From Dimorphilus gyrociliatus (taxonomy: Eukaryota > Animalia > Annelida), in NCBI GenBank assembly GCA_904063045.1, contig CAJFCJ010000029.1, positions 248,001 to 312,000 of the forward strand: a stretch of DNA of 64,000 nucleotides, given 5' to 3'. The position numbers were made by a program, and so were the translations under genes. Of the stretch, positions 22,406 through 34,399 are shown one piece after another; positions within the stretch are counted from its first letter, which is position 1, and each line of letters begins with the position of its first letter. A model generated the notes under the pieces. That model made no database searches and had not been told where the DNA came from. It saw only the letters and a program-made list of their open reading frames with translations.

Positions 22406-23311
22406 GAACAAAGTCAAGACGGCGGCGGCGGCGTGGCGTTCGCGTGCCGAAATTGTACATTTCGCTGTCTCTGTACACGCGTATACACACGTCCGTTAGG
22501 TGGCTCTGAGAAAGGCACAAGGTAGCACCGCGTTCCCAAAATAGTGACAGACCGAACGTTCGAGGAGAGAAAATATGTCCAGTAGATGCGGCCGTTCGTC
22601 GGCAGCCTTCGTACCGTGGCTACAGGTAGAGTTTCTACTACTAACTACTACTTTACTACGTCTACTAACAAATTTGCACGTCTACTAACAAACGAAACAA
22701 AAACAAACTGTGAAAAAGAGAGAGAATGAGACAACGAATTTGTCGAAAAAATGTATTCTTATCGGTGGCCCGCCCAAATCCCCTCTACGTGCTGTCCACG
22801 AGTGTTGGCGACGAGTCCAGGAAATTGAGACGGCGTTTCTTTTTTTCATGGTGCGTGCAATCTCCCACTAACCCCCCTCGTGCTCCTTTTCCACCCCTCT
22901 TTTCACTCCAACGAATCTATCTCCCGCTCTGCGCCGCTTATGTCACACAACTTGTTTCCAATCACCTCTAATTAATGTTGCCCTGGCGACTGGGTAAACA
23001 AACGCGGGACGCCGACTGTAAATTTCTTTTCAAGTACGCCGTGCTCTATTTTGAAATAAAATTATAATTCTTTTAAAACTCCAGCTCCATTTCCCTTAGT
23101 TTTCAACAAAAACAACAACAACAATATTTGCGCGGGCGTGATAACATGAATAAAATCAAAAAAAAATTAATATCAATGAAGTTATATACTATATATACAA
23201 AAATTCAATACATTCAGTTTAACGCCTATATGCAGTATGCGTATGAAGATATATTAGGAAAACATTTAAGCTAGGCCTTTCGAGACTTTATTTTTTAAAT
23301 GTATTTATATA

Positions 23312-23314
<3 letters not shown>

Positions 23315-23364
<50 letters not shown>
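23315..23364. repeat. (TA)n microsatellite
   Basis: About 25 uninterrupted TA units. Confidence 0.95.
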
Positions 23365-23367
<3 letters not shown>

Positions 23368-23587
23368 TTATATATAAACTTATATATATTATATATTGTG
23401 TGTATATTTTTATAAATGTAATATAACAAAATTCAAACATAGTGTGATAAATACGGAGATAAAGGCCCATACGTTAACTGATACATGTATGGACGCTTAT
23501 GTTTGAATTGCAAAAATATTACCCAAATGTAAAAGTATGTATGGATGTATGTATATAAGTATGTGTGTATGAATGCGTGTATGAATG

Positions 23588-23633
<46 letters not shown>

Positions 23634-23688
23634 CATGTGTATAAGAGAGAGAGAGAGAGAGAGAGAGGGGAGAGAGAGGGAGAGAGAG
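23588..23688. repeat. Compound (TA)n(GT)n(GA)n microsatellite
   Basis: Adjacent TA, GT and AG dinucleotide runs. Confidence 0.95.
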
Positions 23689-24127
23689 TATGTGTGTCTG
23701 TCTGCGCAGTATAAAAACAGAGTTTGCTTATAAAAGACTGTGATAATCTTAAGAATTGTGAATTAGAGAGAAAGGTTTAAAATGAATGTTATAAACTGTA
23801 AGTAGAAAATAATTTAGTGAATATATAATTGCATGGAATTTAACAATACAGTCATTTCTGAGCTCCACATACTGTATATTTAAATACGTATATATATATA
23901 TATGACGGTAACAGCATGCGTCTGTCGCGCGCCGGGCCTTCGATCAGTCAAACAGAGTCAGCGGTGCGACAGGTGCGTTGGAAGCTGTGAGTTTGTCACA
24001 GGTGTACACACGGGGAAATATTATAGAGGAAACATTTTTATAATATCGCCAAAGCGAACATAATAGTGCAAGAGAGGTAGAGAGAAACAGAGAGAGAGGG
24101 AGAGAGTGTGTGAGAGCAATTTAGTAT

Positions 24128-27100
24128 ATGGACTTCTACGACAACGGGGTAACGCCGCCGCTCTACAAGGTAAATCTTAATTAATCGACGTCGCTACTCG
24201 AGTTAGATTGAACAGCAATTAAGTCGGATTGCGACAGACGCTGGAAATATACAACAATTTGGAGTTAAATTAGCGGCCTAACTGTGTCGAGCGTCCGTCA
24301 TTTATTCATGAAGACGCCAAGAGACGCGACAATACGGACATAGCGTCGCAATCACACGCGCAGTTAAGCCAGGCGTCTATTTAATGCGTCCCCCGTTACT
24401 GTTGCAGGCCATTCGGTGTACGGCAATCGGCTGCCAGTGCGACTGCTTCTCTCCGTCCAAATCTGCTCGAATCTGTAATTCGTGCAAGCATACCTGGGTG
24501 ACCCACGGTAAGTGGACGCAGGTGAGACTCGTCGGCGACATCAAACGCTTATTTTCCTAACTGAAATTCGATTGACGACAAACTCGGGGGCGATGCCTAT
24601 CGGGGGACCGAATGCGGTGAGATGTGCGTTTTAGTGCGTCGGCTCGAGACCTGACGTAATTCACTCACATTCTAACGTTTGTCATGAATTATGCACCACT
24701 TTTGCCTACTGATGTAAAGTGACGCCCCGATTGCGTCGTTCTCCGAGGCTAATTATCAATCGAGGTCGCTGCGGTCTCCACCTAATTTCTAATCATTTCA
24801 TCCTTACTCCTCATTTCTATACAGCCGTCGACAAGCTACAATTGTCTGGTAGCCTCGTAGAGCCTGTTCAGGCATCGGTCGTCTTCGATTTAGCTTCTCT
24901 AATCCTCTACGGCGCCCACGCGACGCCTATACGGTCCAAAATTCTGCTTGATCGTCTTTTCTCCGTGCTCTCGCACGAAGAAGTCATCCGAATCCTAGCC
25001 AGATTCGGCTGGACTTATGAAGATTACGCCAGAGGCTACGTTCTACAGGTGAGAAATGCTTTTATATATATTTAAGTAGCAGTTTACTAGCAAAATGTAT
25101 ACTTTAATGTATTGTACTTAATACACAAAGCTATAGACACAGATGTAAAATATTAAGTATATCTTTAACTAAGCTAAATTGTTATCTGTAAAATTTTATG
25201 AAAGAAAAGCTCACGTCAACTGAAATAGTAAGAAAATATCTATTATTATAGCCAAAGCTTGCTTTCCAAAAATATCAATCCACAGAATACACTGACTAAG
25301 AATAATTATTTGGGCCATTTGTGCATAAAATGACTGTGCTGTTTAAATATATATGAATATGTATTATATGCTGTATATACAGCATATATATATATGTATA
25401 TTACCTATACATATGTAGTACATATAGTTATACAATATATCTTTACATATAGGTTTAGTAACTAAGTAATTTATATTATATTTTATATAATATATACTTT
25501 ATACACGATTTTATATGTGTATATGGTTTATATTGTATACACATACATTTATTTAATTGTTGTACACATATAAATGTATAAATGACCACGAGTGTGTTTA
25601 GTAGAGATACGTGTACGCCGTGTACACAAATGTGTCTGCTGTAAATAGAGAAATGATAAAGGCCAACGGCCATCGTATATGACGCCGGATGATTGCGGCC
25701 GTCAGCTCGTTTCCATCACTGTCAACCCTCCTAACCCGTTCTCGTTATAAGAAAGCGACGCCGTCACGCATACGCGCGTTCCGATGTATCAGCATATACA
25801 TAAACATTCCATAAAAATGGCACATGCTCAACAGATGTTATCGAAGTCGAATAGTTTCCTTAGGTGAAGTCGTTCGTCATTCAGAGCCAAACTCGCCTCA
25901 TATCTGCGAAAACATTCACCCCTGTCTACGCCCCCCACCCCTCCAACTACTAGGCCTATTAGCGTGCAGTCGCATTTAATTGCAGAAGGTCGATTTCCGT
26001 TCATACGGTGCGCTGTTCATCCTTACACCTGCTTAAGCGTCACGAGAAGAAGAAAAGAAAGGGTATAAGGATAAAAATTTAAAATAGAAGATAGGGGAGA
26101 GGGAAACGTATCCCGATGACACAAAGCTAATCACTGTCCTCACGACACTCAAGGGACATACAGAGGGTCGATCAAAGTGACGCCGCCGCTGAGGCGGCTA
26201 GTGTGGTCAAGCCTGCCTAAAACAATTGATTAGCGGCCTCTAACGCGACTCGCCTTTGTCCAACTCATCACATCAGCATCGATCGGTCGTCTGTGCCGGG
26301 GCGTCGCCATTCGCGTCACATCTCCTAGTCACTTTGTTGAGCCGACGAGGCAAAATTGAGATAAATACGACTGTATGAGCCTTGTCACCGCGCAAGTGTT
26401 TATATTTGGTACGTTTGGGACGCGATATGCTACTTGACATGCGACTTGTGTCGTCTCTTTTATGCTCATCTTTCGATGTCCCAAGTGATTTCAACCCTCT
26501 TTTTAAGCTTATTTCTTTTTACATTTTCTCCTTTGCGGACTGTTGGCGACTTTTAGACGCCTTATCATATTCTGTGAATAAGATATAAGACTTTGGATAC
26601 ATCTGTCCACTGTGCCTTGTACAAGTTTAATTGTTAAATTAATTGCGCTGCGAATTACTCGTTCATTCATTATTTACTCCGTACCAACAATTAACCGTAC
26701 GTATAATTGTTTTCTCCAAAGGATCAAAGCGGTCGCGTGCTCGATAAATGGACGATGGCTACAAGGGAGGAAGAGAATTCAATTTTGCAGCAGTTCCTTC
26801 GTTTCGGCGAAACAAAGTCGATAGCTCAAGACATCATAAACCAAGAAGCGAAAGATGCCCTTACACCCCAGGCATCGCCGAATAAGGCTAACGACGTAGA
26901 CATAAAACAGTTGATAGAGCGAACGAGTTTAGCACAGCATAACTTCTTCAGGCAATACGACCCGCGATTGTTCGCTGCCGCCCATCCTGCTCATTTTGCT
27001 GCCATGGCGGCAGCAAGATTTTTCCCGTTTGCGCAAAATAGCGAACAATTAAAAGAAGAGGTTAAAGTTTCTGACAAAGAGGTCGATCAGCATAGTACTT

Positions 27101-28389
27101 CTCCAACATCCTCTAGTTCTCCACTAAATAAGCTACAGACTATGCAGCCTTTTGATTTTAGACGAAATTCTTCCCCCGATACGGCAGCTAGCGATATGTC
27201 AATGAGTCCTGCCACTTCTCCTATATCTTTCCCAAAGCCTGTTGTTAGGCTGGCAGAACCGAGATACCCTCAAGTTCACGATCAGCCCAGTGAAGAGGCT
27301 TTAGATCTATCAGGTAAAGGGTCAGAAGATGGTAATAATAATGGACGAATTGATTTAAATGACAAGAGACATGCAAGGAAATCAGCAACTCCTATAAAGA
27401 GACAATGGAATCCTACCCCTGCTTTTGGTTCAACTCTAATTTCACCTTCTGGAAAGAAACGGGTACTATGTACTGCTTGTAATAAGACATTTTGCGATAA
27501 AGGAGCACTTAAGATTCATTATTCTGCTGTTCATTTAAAAGAAATGCACAAATGCACAGTTGAAGGTTGTAATATGATGTTCAGTTCGAGAAGGTCTAGA
27601 AATAGGCACTCAGCTAACCCAAATCCAAAACTACATTTACCCCAAAAGAAAAAAGAACTGCCTGATGGGGCAAGAATAGTAGACGATGGAACAACGAAGA
27701 CTTCTTTACCATCAAGTTTATTAACACCTCCTCCGACTCTCTCGTCTATTATGCCATTATCGGTTCGAACTGGTGAAGGAGTGACGCCTCCTTTAACCTA
27801 TTTAGAGGCTTCGGCGTTCGCGGCGCCTGCGGCAAAACTCGCTCGCCTATCGACAAATACCGATGAAGAAGTAAAAGAGGTTGAGAAAGAATCGAAAAAA
27901 CCTGAATCAAAACCAGAAAGGAGTTCTAATAAGCGAAAAGGCGTGCCAACGAGAGTTCCCAGAGCAGAGGAGCTCGAGGCAAAGCTTGTTGCTTTAATGG
28001 AAGAGGAGCAACGAAAGAATAACCCAGAATCAGAAGAAATAGAAGAAGCAAATTTCGAAGGTGTCTCTTCTGATTCGGACGGCGAAACGGCCAATTGGAA
28101 TTTGCATGGAAAGTTGCCCCCAACGGACGAAAACGGCACAACGGAGGCCGACGACGAACAGCTGGAAAATGCTCCAAAATCGGATCCGCAAGGGGAAGCG
28201 CTATGCCATGTTTGTAATGACAGGTTCCGCGATAATCTTGTTCTGAAGGAACATACAGAAAAGGTACACCCACGGGAGGTTTTTCACTGCACAGTTAGCG
28301 GTTGCGATAAGATATTTTCTACGAGGAAGAGTCGGAACAGGCATTCTCAGAATGATAACCTCCACCGGCACCTGGCCGCGGCCCTATAG
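24128..28389 (+). CDS. bnc: Basonuclin / disconnected-related C2H2 zinc-finger transcription factor
   Basis: join(24128..24169,24408..24507,24825..25048,26722..28389); the first exon is uncertain. Conserved N-terminal block [25 protein letters not shown]|[42 protein letters not shown]|[14 protein letters not shown]. Finger pair [56 protein letters not shown], plus a second C-terminal pair. Confidence 0.95.
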
Positions 28390-31300
28390 TTTGGACAAAT
28401 AAAATTAGCGGGCGTAGCACTTGACTGATTTTCTCTCATCTTATAAATCCACGTTGGCCCGCTCGCTGACAAGCATTGGCAGTGACGCGCGCGACGCCTC
28501 GCTAATGCGTCGCGCGATGAGCGGCGTCTCTAAATAAAGTACGGAGAAGATAACACACGTGGTCTCGCCCTCTCCAAGGCGTCATTGATAACAGACGGCT
28601 TCGAGGAATGCGTCTTGTCAAAACATGCCACACGCGTCTGTTCCACACTTTCTTTCTTCCCTTTTTTCTCTTTACACGGTTCCGTCTTCAATTAACTACT
28701 GTATATACGCCATATACACGTTTAAATATGTCAATAAAATTTAAATATATATATATAAATATATATGTATGTATATAACGCATATACAGCATATACCGTA
28801 TATACTTTGGTACTTACGGTATATACTGTATTTATATATATATATACATATGTATTTATATATAATTATATGAATTTTAAAATATACCAAGTATATCAAT
28901 GTATAATATATAAGTTAAATGTTATATATAATATGAAAATCATATAAATACGTATTTATTAATTTATTTATTTATAAATGTGTGTTCTGCAATTATGTTT
29001 TTTGTCCCTTTTATCTTTTCATTTCTTTATGATTTTTTTTACGAAAATCTTCCGTCTTCCGCACACGTGTAATTCGTTGAACAGCAATAAGAAAGCGTGT
29101 GTTTGTATATAGCTCTAGTTGCGTGTAACGTGAATGACGTCATTTGACTGGAGCTATTTTAGGTCTAGTCGCATGGTTTGCTGTGTATACATTTTTCTCT
29201 TCCTATCAAAAATTTCTTGCCATGTGTTCTTTTTGCAGTGCACGACGTAGTAATTTATTGGAATACAAGAAATCATAGACAAAAACAATTGAACTTTCTT
29301 TTTTTAAGTTAATGTAACTGAGAATGTAGTAGGACTAAACTCTTGCGCTAGAGAAGACAGGAAAAGATAGAGTTAGAGAGCAATAGAAGAGGAAAGGATA
29401 TTGAAAGGGAGCGAGGGGGAAAGGGGAGCAAGTAAGAGAGAGAGTGAGAGTATATACAGTGCGAAAGTCTATTTTTAGACCGAGTCCTCGCACAGCAGCA
29501 ACGGCAACCGCAATAAGAGAGAACAAACTTGGTACGATGCCAGACGTGTTGCGGGTGTTTGGTGCACGTCACGGAGCGGCCCTGATAGGCGCCGGCGCAC
29601 TCTGGTCCAACTGCAAAGGTCAGTGCGTGTACTGCAAGTCTTATAAGAAATGAGTCAACCGGGGAGTGATTATCCGATTGTATAGTGTCAAATCGTACTG
29701 CCAGCAAGGACTGTCCATGGCCACGCCGCGCATTGTTCACAGAGACGTTCGCCTAATTTAATGCTGTGAGACGCCCGCAGGCGTTGACCGTTCTTTGATA
29801 TTTAAACATTTTTCTCACTTTTCTTTTATTTTGTTTTAGTTAGTGGGCAGGAATGAGGGAGGAGAAAGACAAGCGTGTTGAACGCCTGCTTCAATCAATC
29901 GAATATCGATAGTCGCTTGAGAAAACCGGCTTGATTAAGCCGTCCGAGCACGTAATATCTTCTTGTTTGCATTATGTATGTCCGCGAACGGCATATGTTC
30001 GGGCGTTTTTTTATTTATTTGCGCCACCTAGCGGACATGCTTAATTATTGAGGAGGGCAATCGCCTAATAGCAAGATGAAGAAAAGAGGGACTGGATGTC
30101 GTCCGATTCGACGCCTTATCTTATTTGACCGCCGCCTCGGGACAGTCGTTTTTGGGTTATTTCCTTTTTCCTATACACTCTCTTCCCTGTCCATCTTCAT
30201 GCATCTCGATGTGGCCGTCATGACCTCCCTATGGATCGAGATTCTCATTATATCTTTTCTTCTCCTACTAAGATTTCTTTAGAGAACCGCCGCATTCCAT
30301 TACATTATTATCTCTTCAACAAATTGCCGCTTATACCGCCAGGCGGTAGAATCTTTTGAAGTCTTATCGGTCGGACGGCGGTCAACCCTTCGATGCATTT
30401 CAAATCGTTTTCGTCCTTACAATGGTATCCTATTTCCCTTTGTATGTAATAAATGGATTATCTCTACCTAAATTGGCTCTCCCTCTCCTAAAATATTATA
30501 TATAAAAAACCGATAGATGGCGTCAACAAACATTAACTTTTCAGAGAGGCTACTTTCTTTTTATTTTTATGAGGTATTTTTTTAAAGTAAAACTATCCAT
30601 TGATAATGCGTTAATTTTCTAATGATGTTGTTACGTTTATTCGAATATTGAAAGGAAGAAACATCTGCTTCCATTAAAAGTACGACATGTAAACGACTAT
30701 TACGTTCAAAAATAACAAACTTCCGAAACCAGTTTAACGAACCAAACCGTCTCACAGTGTCAAAATCGTTTAGTTTATTTTCATCGCAAACCTGACATGC
30801 TATTTGCTTTGGCATTTCGTCCGTTAAATACATTTATTACTACAAAGAGCTCCGTCACCACAAATAGTGTCCATACAAATGCTTGGTCATTAATTAATTA
30901 TCTGCATTAACTACAAGAAAAAGACTAACTAATAACTTAAAATACATTCCGATAATTCGTCATTCATTTCTATCGTATAATCTAATTAACTAAATTGATT
31001 GCAACGAATCGATGCGCTGCAAGAGTTACCGGGCCCATTATTAATTAATTCTATTATAGACTTCAATGACATTGTCACCCCAAAACGAACTTCGATACTT
31101 TACCCTCCGTATTATCACCTTTAATTACAGTTCAATTGTTTATAATTCTATTTGTTTGTTATAGGGTAACAATCAAGTCAAATCCTTCATTTATTTTCCC
31201 TATATAATTTAATTACTAGTGAGGCAGAAACGATCTTGTAGAAAGTCTTTTTTCCGAGTTTTATTGCATAATATTTGAATATCTCGGGGACTTTTATTTG

Positions 31301-33379
31301 TCCTATTCTCCCTGGGTATTTCCTCGATAATAAAGCAAAATGTATTATGTTGCTCGTTATGGGCATTGCCATTCACATTTCTTTGTAGTTAGGACTCTCA
31401 AAGGTTTTCTTAAAGCATCTCAAAGATGGCGCTGACGTTAGACGCTGAGGTGTCGATTAGTCTGCAAATATTTGTTAGTTTACCCAATAGATGGCTGCAA
31501 ATAAACCCCTACACAACCAACTCCCTCTATTACATTTTTCACGCAGAAATGGATAGGTGGCGCTAGTACTCAAGAGTTTGTGATCAACCGGGAAACGGGA
31601 TACATTTAAACAAAAAAAATTCCATGGAGAAATTATTTGCTTTATTCTCCTTAAAAGCAGATTATTCAAGGGAAGTTCCACAGTAATGTTTATCATAATG
31701 GTGGACCGCAAAATGAGCGGTTATTTAGACTAAATCAAGTGAAATCAACTGAAAATCGTTCCTTAATCATGACAGCAATTTTACTGTTCGATTAAAGACG
31801 CCAAAAAAACGTTGCTAACCACGAAATTATTTGCAAATAGTCGGGAGAGGCTAGCGTGCCAGAACGCAGTTAGAGTTTGCCAATACGTCGTCATTAGACG
31901 ACCTGTAAAGGAAATGAGGTAAAATTTGTGAGTGTAAAGGCAATCAGGGCGTCCATTTACGCTCGGCCCGCAGCTGCTTATTAATTGGACGTTACCGTTG
32001 GACGCTCTCTTTCCATCGCACGGCCACCCACCGACGTGTTACGGCGTCACTCTTTTGATCGGCATTGATCTGCTCTGCTAATGCCCGAACGACGTCTAGA
32101 GACGCCTTAAGGGCTGGTCGCAGCTGAGGGAACACCTTTCATCATAGCTGTGGGCAAGATGAAAGAAAGGCTTAGGTGCAGCTTTGAACATAAACAAACG
32201 ACTCATTAGTAACTCATTGGCGTTTACTTGTTACAGCACGTGATAGCCGGGGGCTAAATAGACGCTCAAGCCCGCCCAGGTAGGCGCCATCTACAGCCAA
32301 CAAAATGGAAAATGATGCACGTGTTAGGCGTTATTCCGCCCGAGTGACGCTTCAATATATTTGATCATTTGTGCCAAGTAGACGCCGATGGCTACCATAG
32401 TAGACGTCGATGCCACACGGTTGGGGACGTGACGCGTCACTGAATCACAAACACACATGACGTCAAGGTCTCATTTCCTGAATAAGAGACGCCGTAGCGT
32501 GACGCCTTTAGTTTGGTCGTCTGCATCGTTACTAATTAGTAAAAATTTCGCTGCAGTGCCGAAGTTTTGTACGCTCCAACGAACGACGTCGGTAAACGTA
32601 ATCAATGAATGATGAGGCGCTAACGGCTTCGCTTGAATAGCTAACTATTTAGCACGCTTCCGTTGTTGAATACTGCAACGGCAACGTGTGAAAACTACTT
32701 GACTGAGACTCTACATCTAAGCGAAGGGACAAGGGGCGTGGTGAAGTTTTTGGCAAATTCAATGCTTGACGCTGTTCTCTCACTGGGTGGTTTACATTCT
32801 TGCGGGCTTGAAACTTTTCTAAGCACAGACGGCGAGAGAATTCGAATGTAAACCGAAGCTAATAGACCGTTTTGCGTTGCTAGACGTTCATTGCTGGGCA
32901 GAACATCAAAAGAGAAAATTGCGTCTAACGAGGCTTCCCTTGCGATTCGTATAACTACAGAGCTTTGCCGCGCAATTCGCTACCGCTTTGCTTTTCTTTG
33001 TTTATACGTAAACTATCGTGAATTTTTTGGATTTAAAAAAGAAGCAGTGGGATGCTCGGAGACATCAATTGTCAAACAATATACACTACGTCTGTCAATC
33101 ACATACAATTAGTATGTCAGTAATTAAGCGCAGTTTGAAAGCGACCTATTCGCTAAAAGCTTTTTATACGGTAATTATACATTTTATTCGACTCGAAAGT
33201 ATACTCGCATCACGCGCTTGACACGTACGGACAACTTCAGCAATCAGGTCACTCAGGCTCGTACGGAAAGTAGCCAATCAGCTCTTAGAAACGCGATGAT
33301 TGACGCTCTGAGTTGACGCCCTCTTTCGAATAAAAGTATTTGTTATTGCTGCGACGCCGAGCGTCTGAGTAAATAGGTA

Positions 33380-34399
33380 ATGAAGATGTCGTCTTCTGAA
33401 ATGACGACGCCGTCGACGCCAGCCAATTTAACAACACATTTACATCCTTTTCTAAAGTTTATACCTCCTCCTATACCACCAGCTCATCTTATGTCTCAAG
33501 CAGCTTTTGAGTTACACAAAGCTCATTTAATGGACTTCTCAGCTCGACTTAGATACCCGTCGATTCCTCATCTTCCAACACCTCATCCTTTTCACGTCCA
33601 ATCACCTGAGCAGAACTTCCACAATATTTTCTATAAAGATCCGAGAAGGTTGCTTCATTTGCAACACGAAGAACCGAAACCGGCTCACTCCTATATCGGA
33701 TTAATTGCCATGGCCATTCTGTCATCTAAGGATAAGAAATTAGTCCTAAGCGATATTTATCAATGGATTTTAGATAACTACGCATACTTCAGAACTCGAG
33801 GACCAGGCTGGAGGAATTCAATCCGTCATAATTTAAGTTTGAATGATTGTTTCATAAAAGCCGGGAGATCAGCGAATGGTAAAGGTCATTACTGGGCAAT
33901 TCATCCAGCTAATGTCGATGACTTTTCGAAAGGGGATTTCAGACGACGACGTGCACAGCGTAAAGTTCGAAAACATATGGGATTAACGGTTCCAGAGGAA
34001 GAAGAATCTCCATCGCCTCCACCACCCCCCACAAATCCGGCAATTAACGAATGGAGATTGAGGATGCTCGCTCAGAATCAAACGGAAAATTCATCAAAAG
34101 CGGTTGCAGTCAATTTTCAAGCTCGGAAAAAGAGGTTATTCGATGTGGAAAGCCTTTTGGCACCGGATACTCCGCCTCAACACGGTCAAGAGAGCGATAT
34201 AGAAATAGACGTTACCGACAAGGACGCTAGTACGTTGATTAACAGCGACGACGAAAAGACGTCGTTGCGCGGTTCATCCCCTGAGGGAAATCAGGGATCA
34301 TCTCCAGCCATTTCACAATGGAGTCACTGGGATGAAAAGGTTCGATGGATTCAGGACGAAAAAAGATCTTCATCCGAATCGCCTATTCAACAAGTTTGA
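33380..34399 (+). CDS. foxQ2: Forkhead box Q2 transcription factor (C-terminal EH1-like motif type), single exon
   Basis: Forkhead domain KPAHSYIGLIAMAILSSKDKKLVLSDIYQWILDNYAYFRTRGPGWRNSIRHNLSLNDCFIKAGRSANGKGHYWAIHPAN..GDFRRRRAQRKVRKHMGL, very close to Drosophila fd102C/FoxQ2 as I recall it. FDVESLLAPD at 34139-34168. Confidence 0.93.
   Translation: MKMSSSEMTTPSTPANLTTHLHPFLKFIPPPIPPAHLMSQAAFELHKAHLMDFSARLRYPSIPHLPTPHPFHVQSPEQNFHNIFYKDPRRLLHLQHEEPKPAHSYIGLIAMAILSSKDKKLVLSDIYQWILDNYAYFRTRGPGWRNSIRHNLSLNDCFIKAGRSANGKGHYWAIHPANVDDFSKGDFRRRRAQRKVRKHMGLTVPEEEESPSPPPPPTNPAINEWRLRMLAQNQTENSSKAVAVNFQARKKRLFDVESLLAPDTPPQHGQESDIEIDVTDKDASTLINSDDEKTSLRGSSPEGNQGSSPAISQWSHWDEKVRWIQDEKRSSSESPIQQV

Noticed and set aside
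23288-23733. ORFs of YI/HT/RE repeats (also 13128-13397, 46595-47052, 63135-63371)
   Set aside because: Translations of TA, CA and GA microsatellites.
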